From Lingula anatina (Eukaryota; Animalia; Brachiopoda), in the NCBI GenBank assembly GCA_051362555.1, contig CM120645.1, positions 22,010,001 through 22,074,000 on the forward strand: 64,000 bases of DNA, in the 5' to 3' direction. A model generated the notes under the pieces. It was not told the origin of the DNA, did no database searches, and saw nothing but the letters and a program-made list of their open reading frames with translations. The position numbers were made by a program, and so were the translations under genes. Positions 51,142-64,000 of the stretch are shown piece by piece; positions within the stretch are counted from its first letter, which is position 1; each line of letters begins with the position of its first letter.

Positions 51142-54100
51142 TTACTTATAAATGGTGTACCGTGGCGATTCATTATCAGGTATATATGGATAGTTCCTTC
51201 CAGTCAGGTGTGCTAGGGGCATCTTGAGGGCCACTTGCGGAATCTCCATGCTTGGTTTTGTTGTCCGATCAACGACTGGTGGAGTGTTATTTCGAGTACT
51301 AGTAGAAGCCTGCAGTTCTCTAAACCCCCTCCAGTCTTGTGAGCCTCTGTTTCCATATTGGGACACGCCTGGCGTGTATCCAGTATCCGTTCTTGTGTCA
51401 TCATAATACGATTGTGGCCTGTCCTTGGTCAGGTGGTCTGTCTCGTACGATGGATTGTAACGGTAGTTATTGTCGGTACGATTCGGATAACTTCGGGTCT
51501 CGTATTCCACGTCCGATATCACCCCTGCAGTGGGCGAGTTCGGGTGAAGATAATAATCCTCGTGCGGATGGATCAATGTGGTATGGTATTGGCCGAGTAA
51601 AGGCGCTTCTTGATAATTGTTGGAAGTTGAAGAAAGAGGTGACCTGTAACCTGCATCTCTGGATTGGTAACTTGGTGCATTTAACTCTTGCGACACAGAA
51701 CTTTGGTTACCGACGTCTGGTTTATACGGTACGACCCAATCATCAGTGTTAAATGGGTTCTGAGAGCTCGTTTCCTCTTCTGGGATTGGGTCGTACTGGT
51801 ACCTGTCATAGTTATTGGCACGCGAATTATACCGATTCGAGCTTAGCCTCCGACTAACAGGTTGGGGCCTGTTTTCAGTGGATTGCCCCCATGATGACGG
51901 CTCGGTATGTCTGTCACCCATGGCAAGAAAGCTATGGTCGTTACGCTTCTTTCTGTAGCTATCGGTATATATCATCGGTTGATAATTCTGGTTACTGAAA
52001 GCACTGTGCTGCGGTTCCACTATGTTAAGGAATGAAGAGTCGTTATGAGGGGAAGGTTGCAGGTTCGTAGGGTTTAGACTATTGGTAGTATACAGATTTT
52101 CTTCGTAACTTGGTTTCATCGCCGTATCTGCATTGAGGTGCGGTTTCTTCTGCACTGAACGGTTTGATTCACCATATGAACCCTGTGTCCCTCTTCTGTA
52201 AAGTGGAGCCTCATCGAAGTCGGGATAAACGGTCGAAAAGTTTCTGGGCGACATACTACTTTTCCGCCAGTTGGCATCATCCATCAACTGATATTGTTTG
52301 TGCATTGATAACGTCCGAGGTGGTCTCTCCAAATCGCTTGATGAATTTGTCTCTTTCGAATAGCGGTTTGCTGATGGATAGAAAGCTGACTGTTGAGAGT
52401 CATAGTTGGTGGTTATTGGTCTAGAGCTGTCGTTTTGCTCAGGGAAATATGGCGACAACCAAGCATCTTGCGAGTCCATGCGGTAGTTTAGTAGATTGGC
52501 GTAATCACCAATACCAGAAGACGGGTCAGATTCTCTTTGGTAACGGTATCGCTGCTGTGTATCCTTTCTCCGTTCTGGGTGTTGGGGGTTCCTGTTCCAT
52601 CCATCTTGGGAGTTAGTCTTCCAATAAGGCTTCGATTCTGACGCAATTTCAGCCTGTTCCACTGGGATATATCTGTTATATTTTCCAGAACTAACACGTC
52701 TTACACCAGGCGTACCATGTTCTGTAGCATTCATGGGTGCTGAATATGTAGGAAATATTTGACCAACTGAAATGTTGACGTATGTATGCTCTTTGTCCAC
52801 TGTTGATACTTTTTGGTTCGACCACTCAGGATCGTTTCTGAAGTTGTAATAGCCACGCTGGCGAGGCACTTCAGTTTGCTTGACATCCGCCTTAAATTGA
52901 CTTGGCGTATAGTCATGCGACACAATTCTCATTGGGGCATCCGGAAAGGAATATCCCGTTCTTTTTGATGGAGTGTAAGAGGCAAAGGCAGACCTGTAGT
53001 CTGACTTAACTTTGTCTTGCTTCGCTTGGTGAACATAGGGGCGTGATATTTTGTCCTCGTGTGGGAGTTGCCAGTAATTTCGGAATTCGTAAGGATTAAC
53101 CGGATGGGAACCTGTATGTCCGTGAATGTTGTGGCCATCTTTAACTCCATCATGACGAGGATCAGGGGAGTGGCGATCTTTGGGTTTCGTTTTGTCAGGC
53201 CAGGCTATTGCAACTGCTATCAACACAATAAGCACCAAGGCCACCGCCGCCGAACCAGTACCAATGGCGATTTGTTGAAAGGAAGTGACTCTAGAACTGT
53301 CCGTATGTGTTGATGATGCGCCAGTTGTCGTGATATACAACGTACTTTCTTGAGTAATTGGCTCTTGAATTGTTGGTTCAGTTGTGATCCGAGCCGTTGA
53401 CTCAGTTGTCGTGATCTGCTGAGTCGATGGCTCAGTAGTTGTGGCCTCCTGAGTCCATGGCTCAGTAGTTAGGATCTCCTGAGTCGTTGGTTCATTAGTT
53501 GTACTTTCCTGAGTCGTTGGCTCAGTAGTTGTACTCTTCTGAGTCGTTGGCTCAGTAGTTGGGATATCTTGAGTCGTTGGCTCAGTTTTTGTGCTCTCCT
53601 GAGTCGTTGGCTCAGTTTTTGTGCTCTCCTGAGTCGCTGGCTCAGTAGTTGTGCTCTCCTGAGTCGTTAGTACAGTTGTTGTGATCTCCTGATCCGTTGG
53701 CTCAGTTGTCGTGATATCTTGAGTCGTTGGTTCAGTTGTTGTGGCCTCCTGAGTCGTTGGCTCAGTGGTTGTTATTTCTTGAGTCGTTGGCTCAGTAGTT
53801 GTTATTTCTTGAGTCGTTTGCTCAGTAGTTGTGATCTTTTGAGTCGTTGGCTCAGTTGTTGTGCTCTCCTGAGTTGTTGGCTCAGTAGTTGTGATCCCTA
53901 GAGTCGTTGGCTCAGTTATTGTACTCTTTTGAGTCGTTGGCTCAGTAGTTGTGCTCTCCTGAGTCGTTAGTACAGTTGTTGTGATCTCTAGAGTAGTTGG
54001 CTCAGTTGTTGTGATCTCTAGAGTCGTTGGCTCAGTTGTTGTGATCTCTTGAGTAGTTGGCTCAGTTGTTCTTCCATGGGTCGTTGGTTCATTTGTAGTA

Positions 54101-57100
54101 CTTTCTTGGGTAGTAAACACAGTTGTTGTGGTTATTGCTTCAGTGGTTGCTTCCGTGCTTGTTACTGGCGCTGCTGGGGGTAATGGATAGCTGTAGACAA
54201 AAGATACCGAGACGATATTCGACACTTGTCCTGTCTGATTTTTGTCATCTAGTGCCAATAGCGCAATGGAATACGTGATATTTGCTTTGACTGTTTGGTT
54301 GAATTGGACGAGAAAAGTTTCTTTTGCACCCGCTGGCAAGGGTGAATCAAGTTTTCCCTGGATTAGATCCTCGTCAAGGAGTTTATAGGTGTTATTGAAG
54401 TTAAGTCGGAGTTGTGAAACTGATGTGCTGTAGCGAATAATGTAACTCGATGCTGAAAGGATGTAAATGAATTAGAATCATCTATATGGAACAAGCCGCT
54501 AATGTTCCCGTTTAACGTTTAGCTTTGTATACTATTCATATAATGCAACTCGACACTAGATTGTAGAATCATCTATCCTTTTTGACGGAGAAAAGTATTT
54601 TGTAATAAGACAAGCATTATCAGTGTCCTCTAAAAGTATCTATAAATACTGTATCAGATATTTTTATGCATTTATACACTTATATAAAGAAACGTGCTTT
54701 TCCTTTGCTGCGCCTATAACGTTATCGGCCTTTGAGGTAATCGTTTTGAATTGCAAGTAAATACATTAGTACTTTGTTCATTTTTTCGTCAAAAGACAAA
54801 TTCAACACTACAGGATTTTGTGTCGAACATAACACACGTAACTGTGCATAGCAATGAGAGAAAACACGTAGGCCTCGTTAACATGTCTATCGAATGTGCC
54901 GTTAAAGGACATGACACAAACAACTTCCTATACCTACCATTTCCTTGGTCCAGATCATCACCAGTGGCTGTCCAGGACAGTGTCACAGTTTTATTATCAG
55001 TGTTAACTGCTGCCAGCACCAGGTCGTATATTCTGCCAGGAGGGTATAGGTCAGGTGGTTCTGTATCATTCGTCGAAGTTGGGAGATTCTTAACGGTGAA
55101 TAGACCTCCGCTGTCGGAACGCTCGAATGGTTCTATTGGTGTGTACGCAACTTCAAGCTTCGTGGCGTTTGCTGCAGCTTAAAGATATCAATACTTTTGC
55201 CAAAAACGTTTGTTAAGGCACAAATTGGTAGAAAGTATTTTTTAAAATTGCACAATGATTCAACATTTAACGTATATAAATCTAGATATGCACAAATGAC
55301 AACTATTGGATTAGAAGTACACAAGCGATATACAATATATTACATTGTCATGCTGCTTGCTGTCCCTATCCTGTCTATTTACAATTCATGGCAGTGTATC
55401 TGCATGTTATATCAAAATCGGTCTACGAAGTTAACTTTGGTGACTGACAATTTATAAAAATATTGACATTAGCACGTGTGTTTATTAAACAAGTTTAATA
55501 TGCAAAAAAAAAAGTTTATAGCTTACTTGTGTTGGTGATGATGGGTGATGCTTTTTGTCCACCAGCCACAGTCTTAACTGAGACGCCGTCTTCCCCTTTT
55601 ACTACAACTCGCACAGAATGTGTCACGTTGCCTTTAAATTTCAGGAAATATGCCGAGTAGATGCCGTCGTTCTTGGTATTATCCGCGCCTTTGTAAAAAA
55701 AAAAAAAAAAAAAAAAGTACATGTAAGATTTATATTTCTAATTATTGCCTAAAAGTATGTGTTAAGCTAAGCAAGGTTTCAATCCTAATTTTAAAAATTT
55801 ATTGTCGTTTATATCAATTTTGGATTTTCGTAAAATTATAAACTAGCTTTTTCGAACAATGCATTTAACTACGTATACACTGTTCCTTTATTTCAAAAGC
55901 ATGAAATACCAATTAGAAACATAGTATTAGATTTTATAAAGTGTTATGGTGATCATGGAAGCATTATTCAAGCTGACAAATCAAAGACGTATATTCACCT
56001 GCCCCGTTATCAAGCAGTTGTAGTGTGTGGGTTTTCCCATTACTTGCGTCAACATAAGCCACCACAGTGGCGCCAACTACCGGTGTGTAGCCCTGAGTAA
56101 CCTCTCCGTATATGACAATGCGGGACAAACTGGTATCTGAAACGAACATTCTAAATGTCACAATAGAATGAAGGATATGCGCTGGAATTGGTAAAAGGTT
56201 GCTTGGCAGAATTTAGGGCTTAAGTCTTCTGTTGTTATGCCTCATCAATTATAACAATTCCTGAATGGTAAAGCTCACACTTAAAAATCAAACATAAAAA
56301 GGAACACATTTGAATGTCGGAATGGATTCATTTACTATAAGTAAGCATGGGGAAATTGCCGTTTCCCGAGGAAAATCCATTTTAGGCCAATACGAACAGT
56401 GATATCCCCTGAAGCTTAGTTCTGTGCTGACCTGTCTGAGGACGTGCGTGTTTGTGTTACCTCAACTAGGTGCAGTACTTAGTTTGGAAAGCTAAATATC
56501 AACTTTACCTGCAATATCTACGGTATCACTGCTCACACTGGCACTCAGTACAATGGGTGCGGCGTCTGAAGAGGGGCGTGAAGAGACCTGGACCTGGACT
56601 GTATTTCCGGAATCCGAATTGGTGACAGTATATAACCATTTTCCTACCTGTTAAATAAAATTCATTTTGGTGAGAAACGTACACGTCTTTTACAGAAGTA
56701 CATGTAATTTATTGTGATGTTTCGCTTTCGGTTGGAAAAGTATATAAACAAAGACTGGTACTTGAACAGGTGCCCTCGTTTTACTTTCCTTTGCTTGGAA
56801 ACACTCTTCTTGCAATTCGTAAAATAAGATTTTAAATTCCACAATAAATACATTGTAAATAACACATAATGATATACTAAACTCCATTTTACCACCAAAA
56901 CGGCGGTGGGTGCAATTATTTTGAAAGCTACGCTCGCGATCGGACCAGTTGAACCTTTTTAGGTGGCTATACCCAACTTAATGATCGCTTAAATGACATG
57001 GAATGTAGAAACGAATTAATCAACCATTTGAGAGCATGGGGAAATTCACGTTTACTCCAGGAAATCCTTTAAATGGCACTTCTCCAGCCGAAATAAAGAC

Positions 57101-60100
57101 TTGTCATCCCTTTAACTTAAAATCACCCCATCTTTACAATACTAATAGGAGTTTATCTTCCAGTCGCCGTCTCTGAATTTCTTTCTATATGAATCGAAAA
57201 TAAACAACGATTTGTATAATTGTATCAAAACTGGAACTTAATTGTCACCATATACCCTACCTTTGCAGTGCCGTTAATATCAATACTCAGAACTCCAGAA
57301 GCACTGTTCTGCGTTATGGTCACATTGTCAGGTGCTCTCAATGTCACAGTGATCGAACCAGTGCTCCATGTGAATAAAAACCGTGTGTTGTTTCCAATAG
57401 TACTGTCAATATATATGGAACCTTCAAAAGAGCTACCTCCATCGGGGACTGTAAACGATTCTGACAATATCTGAAATTAAAATATACATTTTCCGATGAA
57501 GTGCTACGCAAGTCAATAAGACAATTTGGGAGCATATTTAGAGCTATCAGACCCATTACAGAATGGCCTGAGACTTGTGAGAACCCGCCTCTATTCTGTG
57601 GTTATTCAATAAAAATAAAAGCTTAGATTTTCCAATATATTGATAAAATGTATTGTTCGTTTGTTAGCTTTTGGCGCCTCCTACGGCAGCCGTGCTGTTT
57701 CGTCCACAGGAAGTGTCAACACCCAGTCTCTATCTTGGCCAATAATGACAAGGCATCCATTGTAAAATTCCTTTCATGTACAAATTCAATCCAATGTGTT
57801 GCAAGTCTTTAGTTATCATTATCTATTATTTATGACACATGCACTACAAGACCAACGATTTACCTGGGCTAGAACTTCTTTCTGGGCACTGTTTCTTTGA
57901 GTAACAGTCTTCGAAAATGCGTCTGTCAAAGAAGTAGACTGAGAATCTCCTGATTCAAAGAACGACATGCCACCAGTGTCTTTAGCTAACGATATCAGTT
58001 GTTCATCAGCTGAAGCCGTAAAAAGTAAGGTATCTACTAAGACCCCCTTCCGTAACAGGTCTGGTTTAACATTCGTAATGTTTGGGTACTCATTTTCCCC
58101 TCCATCACTAACAACGACCAAAATGCCACCAGCTGCCGCCATGTTGTTGTATTCTAACACCTGGTTGAATACAAGTAAGCAATTATCAGTAGGTAAGGCC
58201 GAACAGGGAAAACAAAACTCGCACACACGCACACACACGTGTATATTAACACACGATTTAAATATCAATACTGGTGTCTTGTACTCAACGTAAATGAGAA
58301 ATTCAAAATGGTTATAACAGCGAAAGTGAGCACACAACTTCACTGGTACAGGTGAACGAGTATAGACAATCGTAGGGTTAAAAGTGATTATAACTATATG
58401 ACAATATCACAGCGGTCTTATAAGGTATGGTGTATTCGCAATTATACATTGATTGTTTTTATATCCCTGAACAATATTTGGTATAACAATTTAAATATGC
58501 ATTAACACAACTAGAAAAGGTATCGACGTACCTCAATCCCTTTTCGGAGACCGCAGCCAATGCATGTCCTTCCCCCGGCGGCTAGTCCATTAACGACAGA
58601 GACCATGTGTTCTCTCACTGAATTGGAACTCAGCGTTTCTAAGTGTTGTATTATGGCAGCCGTGAGGCTAAATTGAACGATGCCAACTTGGCTATCTTCG
58701 TCAACAGTGTTGAGTAGAAACTCTGCACACGCCTTTTTCAGGTTCTCCAGCCTACTCTAAAATATTGAGTGAAATCCAGTTAACTCTAACATCTGTAATA
58801 GTTAAATCTTTCTTCAGACAGTATTTCATTATTTATTTATTTACCAATTTGTTTATCTACTTTTTTTATCTATTTATATGTTTTTGCAGTGTCCTTCCCG
58901 TCGAGGTCAAAGTATTTTCAGCGAGTGTGACGTCACACCTAAATTCGAACTTTTGCAGCATGCATCGAGGCTATTAATTGGAAAACAGAGAAGATTGTCA
59001 GCATATACATGTAACTAGCAAATACATTGATTGAGTGTTGATAAATGAATTTAACGAGGTCATAAATGTAAAGTTAATGAATACATTTTGTGTGTCTGTG
59101 TTTGTGTGTGTGCTATATTGACCTGAATCAAATTACACAGTCCAAAATATATAGTACACTTACACCTGTCATACTTCCAGATACGTCGAGAACCAAAACA
59201 TATCTCTTGGGTTGCTCTTGAACCAATTTGAAGGTAGGAGATGTATCTATATTACCTTGTACGGGAGGATTATTATCTAAATTAATGAAATATAAATAGC
59301 ACTATATTTATATTCTGCTTTATGAGTAAATCATCATTTTTCAGGTGAACTGGATATTATTAATGTTTTAAATGTTTTATGCAATTACCGGGCCAACGTA
59401 CTAGTATACCTGTAGTTCTTTTTAAAGCAAAATCTACTTTCTCTTTGCATTACAGAAATGAATAATATTGAACTAGAAAAGCTCTCAGAGAGCGCAGACC
59501 TCCGCCAATTAAGGCAGCAAAGTCTCCATCCAATGCCGTTATCATGCTGCTAATCTACTGCATTAATGCTTCTCACTGTACACACCTATGTACTTTTGGG
59601 AGTAGAATTGCAGTAGGCTATACTGCATTTCTACTGCAAATATGCTCCACATCACTACTGCGTTAATGCTTCTTTGCTACTTCGATACTACTGCATTTTC
59701 GAGCGGGGCGCGTTTCACCCCTAATTTTTTGATATTTTTGATTACTGATTATTGATTGATGATTGATCCGGATCACCAACAAAAAGTAATCATCCGTTCC
59801 ATGGCCCACTTCTGACAGTTCCTGAAAACTTCATCAAAATCAGCCCATAACTTTTTGAGTTATGTTGATGACAGACAGACAAACAAACAAAGAGGGGTTC
59901 AAACATAACCTCCGCCAGTTATGTTGATGACAGACAGACAAACAAACAAAGAGGGGTTCAAACATAACCTCCTTGGCGGAGGTAACTAACATTCATTCCA
60001 ACCACAAGATCATAAATGATATTCTAGTGGATTGTCATTATTACGACTGAACCTTACTGTTCTTAAAATCGTCGTGCTCCCTCATGACTTCCCAGGCACT

Positions 60101-63076
60101 CCTGCCGCCACAGAGTCTATTCTGCCTGTTAGGTGCCTGGTCGTTATGTAGGTCAAATTTATCTGTCTTATTATTGTCACAGAACCCGATAACCTGCAGT
60201 GATAATTGTGTATCTCAATATATTTACAGCACTGGGTGGGTGTAGAAACATCACAAAAATAGTAGATAGTACTATAGATACTTTATCACTTATTATGACA
60301 TATCTCAGCGATTTTTTAACTAAAAGATGATTTTCTTTCAAACAATATTTATGAATACGTAACATATCTTCACTGTACCCCTTTTTCTTCCGAAATATAA
60401 TACAATAATTTTTTTTCATTCAAAGAAAAATAAGTTTTATATACATAATCTGTGCCAATTTTAAACCTTTAAATCTTATGCCTTTTGACCATTTTCAGTT
60501 GCATGATATTTTTATCGTTATTCCATTTCCCCTGCCAAAATTTGTCTCATTTAACCCTCACTTAAGGTTCTTAATCTGTCCTAGAACATAATGATCTCTC
60601 TTTTGATAAAAATGTTCCACATCTGTTCCAGGACAGTCTGAAATACTTCCCCAAAACAGTTATCGAACAGTCACATTCATTACAGAACCACATTAGAACT
60701 GTAAAAAAAACACACCAAGTGTTTTAGAATAGATTAAGAACCATATGTGGAGGTTAAATGAGAAAAATTTCCGCAGGGAAGGTTTAAAAGCAGCATCCCC
60801 CTACACTTACAGATGTCACATAATGATGTGACATGATAGAGGTGGCTCCTTCGTTGTTGTATACATCAGGGGCGAACCTGCAAGCACTTTCTGGGAGGTT
60901 GGTTTCTTCATCCGGGTTGCAATTCCACGCGACATAGTCGTTAACTCTCTTATATTCCTTGCCCGTCACTCCCCGGGAACAGCGCACACCTTCTATCCTT
61001 CCAGTTATGGAATCGTGGTAGAAGTGAGCATCGTTTTCGTCCACCGGGTACTCGTCAAACAAACCCCAGCGCAAATGTCCCCACTCATGGAGGACTGTCT
61101 TCGCTGAATATGAGAGAAAGTGTTGAAGATACAAGGTACATTGAGCAAATATACTTTTGTCTATGTTTTAAACTTGCCAGATACCTCCCCCCCCCCTCCG
61201 TCAGAACTCTTATGGCAATATCGAATTTTTTCATAAACTAGTATTATTAGAATTCGTACAGATTTCAGTTCTGTCATATTTACGTTTTTTTTTTCTAGAC
61301 AATAAAATTGTGATATGTCGCAACACTCGGAGCAGATTTCACACGCGTTTAGACCTTTTTTTATATTTTACACTTATTATAAACGGTCTTATCAGGAGGC
61401 GTGCCATATGTTGCTGCCACGATGTCGTGTCATATAGTAGTATTATTAGAATTCGTACAGGTTTCAATTCTGTGATATTTGGGTATTTATTGTCTTGATA
61501 ATTAGAACCGTTCTCATATTTTACAATAGTTACATGAATGGACTTACCAGGAGGCGTGCCATATGCCGCTGCCACGGTGTCGTCTAGGACGAATTTGGGA
61601 GTCAAGTGCATAAACGTCCCCGGCTGTCCACATTCTCCCTTCTGTTTGACGTATGGGTTGTCACCTTGTACACCATTAGACTTGTCTATGATAATATTGG
61701 CCTTTTCAAAGGCTTCAAGTCCTGCCTGTCTGTAAGCTGGGTTTTCCGTCCATGTTTTGGGAACGAGAATCGTGATATCCCGGAGATAGGCTCGACGTTT
61801 TGTAGCGGCAAATAATAACTGTGACATTTCCACAAAGTACTCCTACAAAATTAACAAAAAAAAAAAAAAAAAATGTATTTTCCTAAAATAATAATTAAAA
61901 TCGCTTCAGTCATATATATATATTGTCTTTTTCAAATAAACCATACCGCTTTACCTTGTACTTTGAAGCGAATTCTTGATTTCATTCGATCCTGTGTCAC
62001 ATTTTCTGAATTTGTATTAAATGAGCAAGTGAAAGAAACGATAGGCGAAGTGCAAGTATGAGATATATTGCAGACCCGTAGCTAGCAATTTCAAAGGGGG
62101 GTCTTTTTCCGAAAAAAACAAACCAACTTGTGCTTTACTCTTATTTTTTCATAAAAGAAAAATAAAAACAAGGTTTGGCAGATTTAAAATCAGATCAATT
62201 TACCGAAAGTTAAAATTACAACACTTGAAGAAAAGGGTGACTGACAAAAAGTTTTAACTACAGGCCTACATATTTCTCAAAACAAGGAAACAATATTTTG
62301 CTATTATAAAAAAACACTAAAATATTACCATAATTGTTATAAATGTTGCCATAAGCAGTGTCATTTCCCTCAATGATTGGCACAAAATGGCATGAAGTAT
62401 AATTGAATTTAAGGTAGCATATAAAGCGACTGGGATGTTTAACAATTCCCCGTGAGCCTTATGTTGCTGATGTATAGTTTGGAAGGATAAATAATGCAGA
62501 CTGAGTCAACTGCATTGTTGCACAAAACAAAATGCAGGGCAAGCATTTAAATGTTTCTTTTGACAAGGAGCGCAAGGTTTAAAGCTTTCTTTTGCAACCT
62601 ATGAATGGCTTCACACAATAGTACCTTGAACAAATAAAACTCTCAGCCTTGCTGAAAAAACTTTTATGTGCTTACAGAATAATTTTAAGCAATATCACAA
62701 CGGAGGTTTAAAATCAAAACGAATAAATTGGGTAATTTGTGTTGTGATAGCGACCGCAAACAATGCCAGCACCTGACCTGCAATTTTACATTGGGGTCAA
62801 TTTAATAAATGAACGCTTTGTGACAGACCAGGAAGTGTAATGGGGTAAACATTGGGTAACTACAGAAAGCCATATAATGGGTTAAAAGCCCCTGTAACAT
62901 AAATACACTGTTTTCGAAGCCCGCTGCCTTTTTTCTTCGCCCATGCCACATTCTAAAAGCACGTAGAGGATGACTGCATAACTTAATCTAAATACAATCT
63001 GTAATGTTATTTTTAAGAAAACTTACTCCGTGGTTTGATGATGTCAAGACAAATCAATACAAAGAAAGCAGGCGTT

Positions 63077-63137
<61 letters not shown>

Positions 63138-63648
63138 GTGCGCACATACACACACGTACGCACACAAGCATTTGTATAATCCTGGTGGTGATGTCAGTGT
63201 TATTGCAATTCACAAATGCGAATCAGCACGTGAACAAATAAGCGTCAACACGGAAGTACATCCATGTCCTCACAATGGCCTTGTCTTCCTTTTTTTTTCC
63301 AAATAATATTAAAAAAGACATTAGGCATACAAATACATTTTCCTTATCCAAGAAAACTGGGTTCCATGACTAATAACTCAATACATAAAATCATGTAGGT
63401 TTAGGGTTCGGGTGGGTATAGATATATAAACGTTCAACCTTTACAACGTCACAACATTCCTGTATACTTACTTTGATTCTTGGAATGAGTTTAGGATTTT
63501 CAGGAACGTCTGGCCCGATTGCAATGAGAAGTCCTTCGTAGCCGTTGTCAATCAAAGTAACATTTGCGCGCAGCCTTTGACCCCTTGCTAATGCCGTAAA
63601 AGACAGTAACAGGACCAAATGGGTTAAGTGACAGCGAGAGGCTTCCAT
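51142..63648 (-). CDS. CLCA: CLCA-family protein, copy 4 (13 exons, ~1911 aa; long mucin stalk, ~685-aa cytoplasmic tail)
   Basis: Exons (minus): 63648-63472, 61842-61548, 61103-60811, 60193-60058, 59276-59164, 58756-58532, 58160-57864, 57470-57261, 56647-56509, 56136-55999, 55688-55527, 55177-54938, 54452-51142. Total 5736 nt, in frame. HEWGH and DVSGS intact. Confidence 0.93.
53395..54110 (-). repeat. Coding 30-bp minisatellite (TTEPTTQEIT-type mucin repeat), about 23 units
   Basis: GAGTCGTTGGCTCAGTAGTTGTG... recurs with a 30-nt period; the translation is Thr-rich. Confidence 0.95.
59473..59985. mobile_element. Helentron/HINE-like non-autonomous element in intron 4 of copy 4
   Basis: 5' hairpin GCTCTC-A-GAGAGC with subterminal ACCTCCGCC, (GACA)n/(AAAC)n tract, tandem ~59-bp duplication and 3' hairpin CCTCCTTGGCGGAGG. 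Empty site in copy 2 (~33205-33225). Confidence 0.6.
61240..61432 (-). repeat. Tandem duplicate of the exon 2 3' end plus start of intron 2 (copy 4), donor inactivated
   Basis: CAGGAGGCGTGCCATATG.TGCTGCCACG.TGTCG occurs at ~61393-61428 and again in true exon 2 (61548-61582). The GT donor is changed to AT. Confidence 0.8.
63079..63135. repeat. (CT)n(CA)n compound microsatellite (paralogous tract at 48313-48366)
   Basis: Direct reading. Confidence 0.9.
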
Positions 63649-64000
63649 CACTTCCACTCATCTGGAAAGTCTTCTCTTGGCAAATGGCGACAGTGAAACG
63701 CGTCAATTCATGACGAGGCCTCGGCACGTCGTGTTCAACTTGGAGTCCCACGCGTGCATTAGAAAGCTTGCATGAAAAGTTCGCCAACTTTATAACTACA
63801 GCAGTTAACATAAAGTGTAAAGCCAAATAAAACAACAAAGGGCACTTTAAGCTTAAAAAAACGCAGTCAACAGAGATTGTGTTTATTTAAATCGCGTATG
63901 ATTTCAATGCACTAGCCTTGCGTATTATTCTGACATAACAGGTAATAGCGAAGTCATTCAAAACGAGTTGTTTGAAAAGCTTTATTTCGAAATATTAGCA

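Noticed and set aside
53395-54110. Regular 30-bp repeats as a possible CRISPR array
   Set aside because: No unique spacers; it is a contiguous in-frame coding minisatellite in a eukaryotic exon.
62070-62360. Copy-4-specific intron 1 insertion starting GCAGACCCGTAGCTAG
   Set aside because: Probably a truncated repeat, but no TIR pair or TSD could be defined.
8112-63648. Four copies as uncollapsed haplotypes or an assembly artefact
   Set aside because: The copies differ by many substitutions, private transposon insertions and different terminal exons, far beyond allelic variation.

Overview
AT-rich eukaryotic (metazoan, invertebrate-like) genomic DNA. The main content is a head-to-tail tandem array of four 13-exon CLCA-family genes on the minus strand. 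Each encodes a signal peptide, a HExxH zinc-metalloprotease domain, a VWA/MIDAS domain, a beta-rich region, an FN3-like region, a Thr-rich stalk, a TM helix and a cytoplasmic tail. I reconstructed the exons by hand from GT-AG sites; all four are in frame (about 1268, 1331, 992 and 1911 aa). Copies 1, 2 and 4 carry unusually long Tyr-rich cytoplasmic tails (about 315, 328 and 685 aa) and very different mucin stalk lengths. Copy 3 has HKWGH instead of HEWGH, lacks the presumed self-cleavage loop, has an unrelated short tail and has lost its putative TATA region. On the plus strand, the last two exons of an ASIC/DEG-ENaC channel gene converge on the array, and relics of them mark two of the duplication junctions. 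Introns and spacers hold a decayed RTE LINE, a Tc1/mariner relic, Kolobok-, Harbinger-, Ginger-, hAT- and Helentron-like non-autonomous elements, and microsatellites. All assignments come from reading the sequence; no database searches were run.
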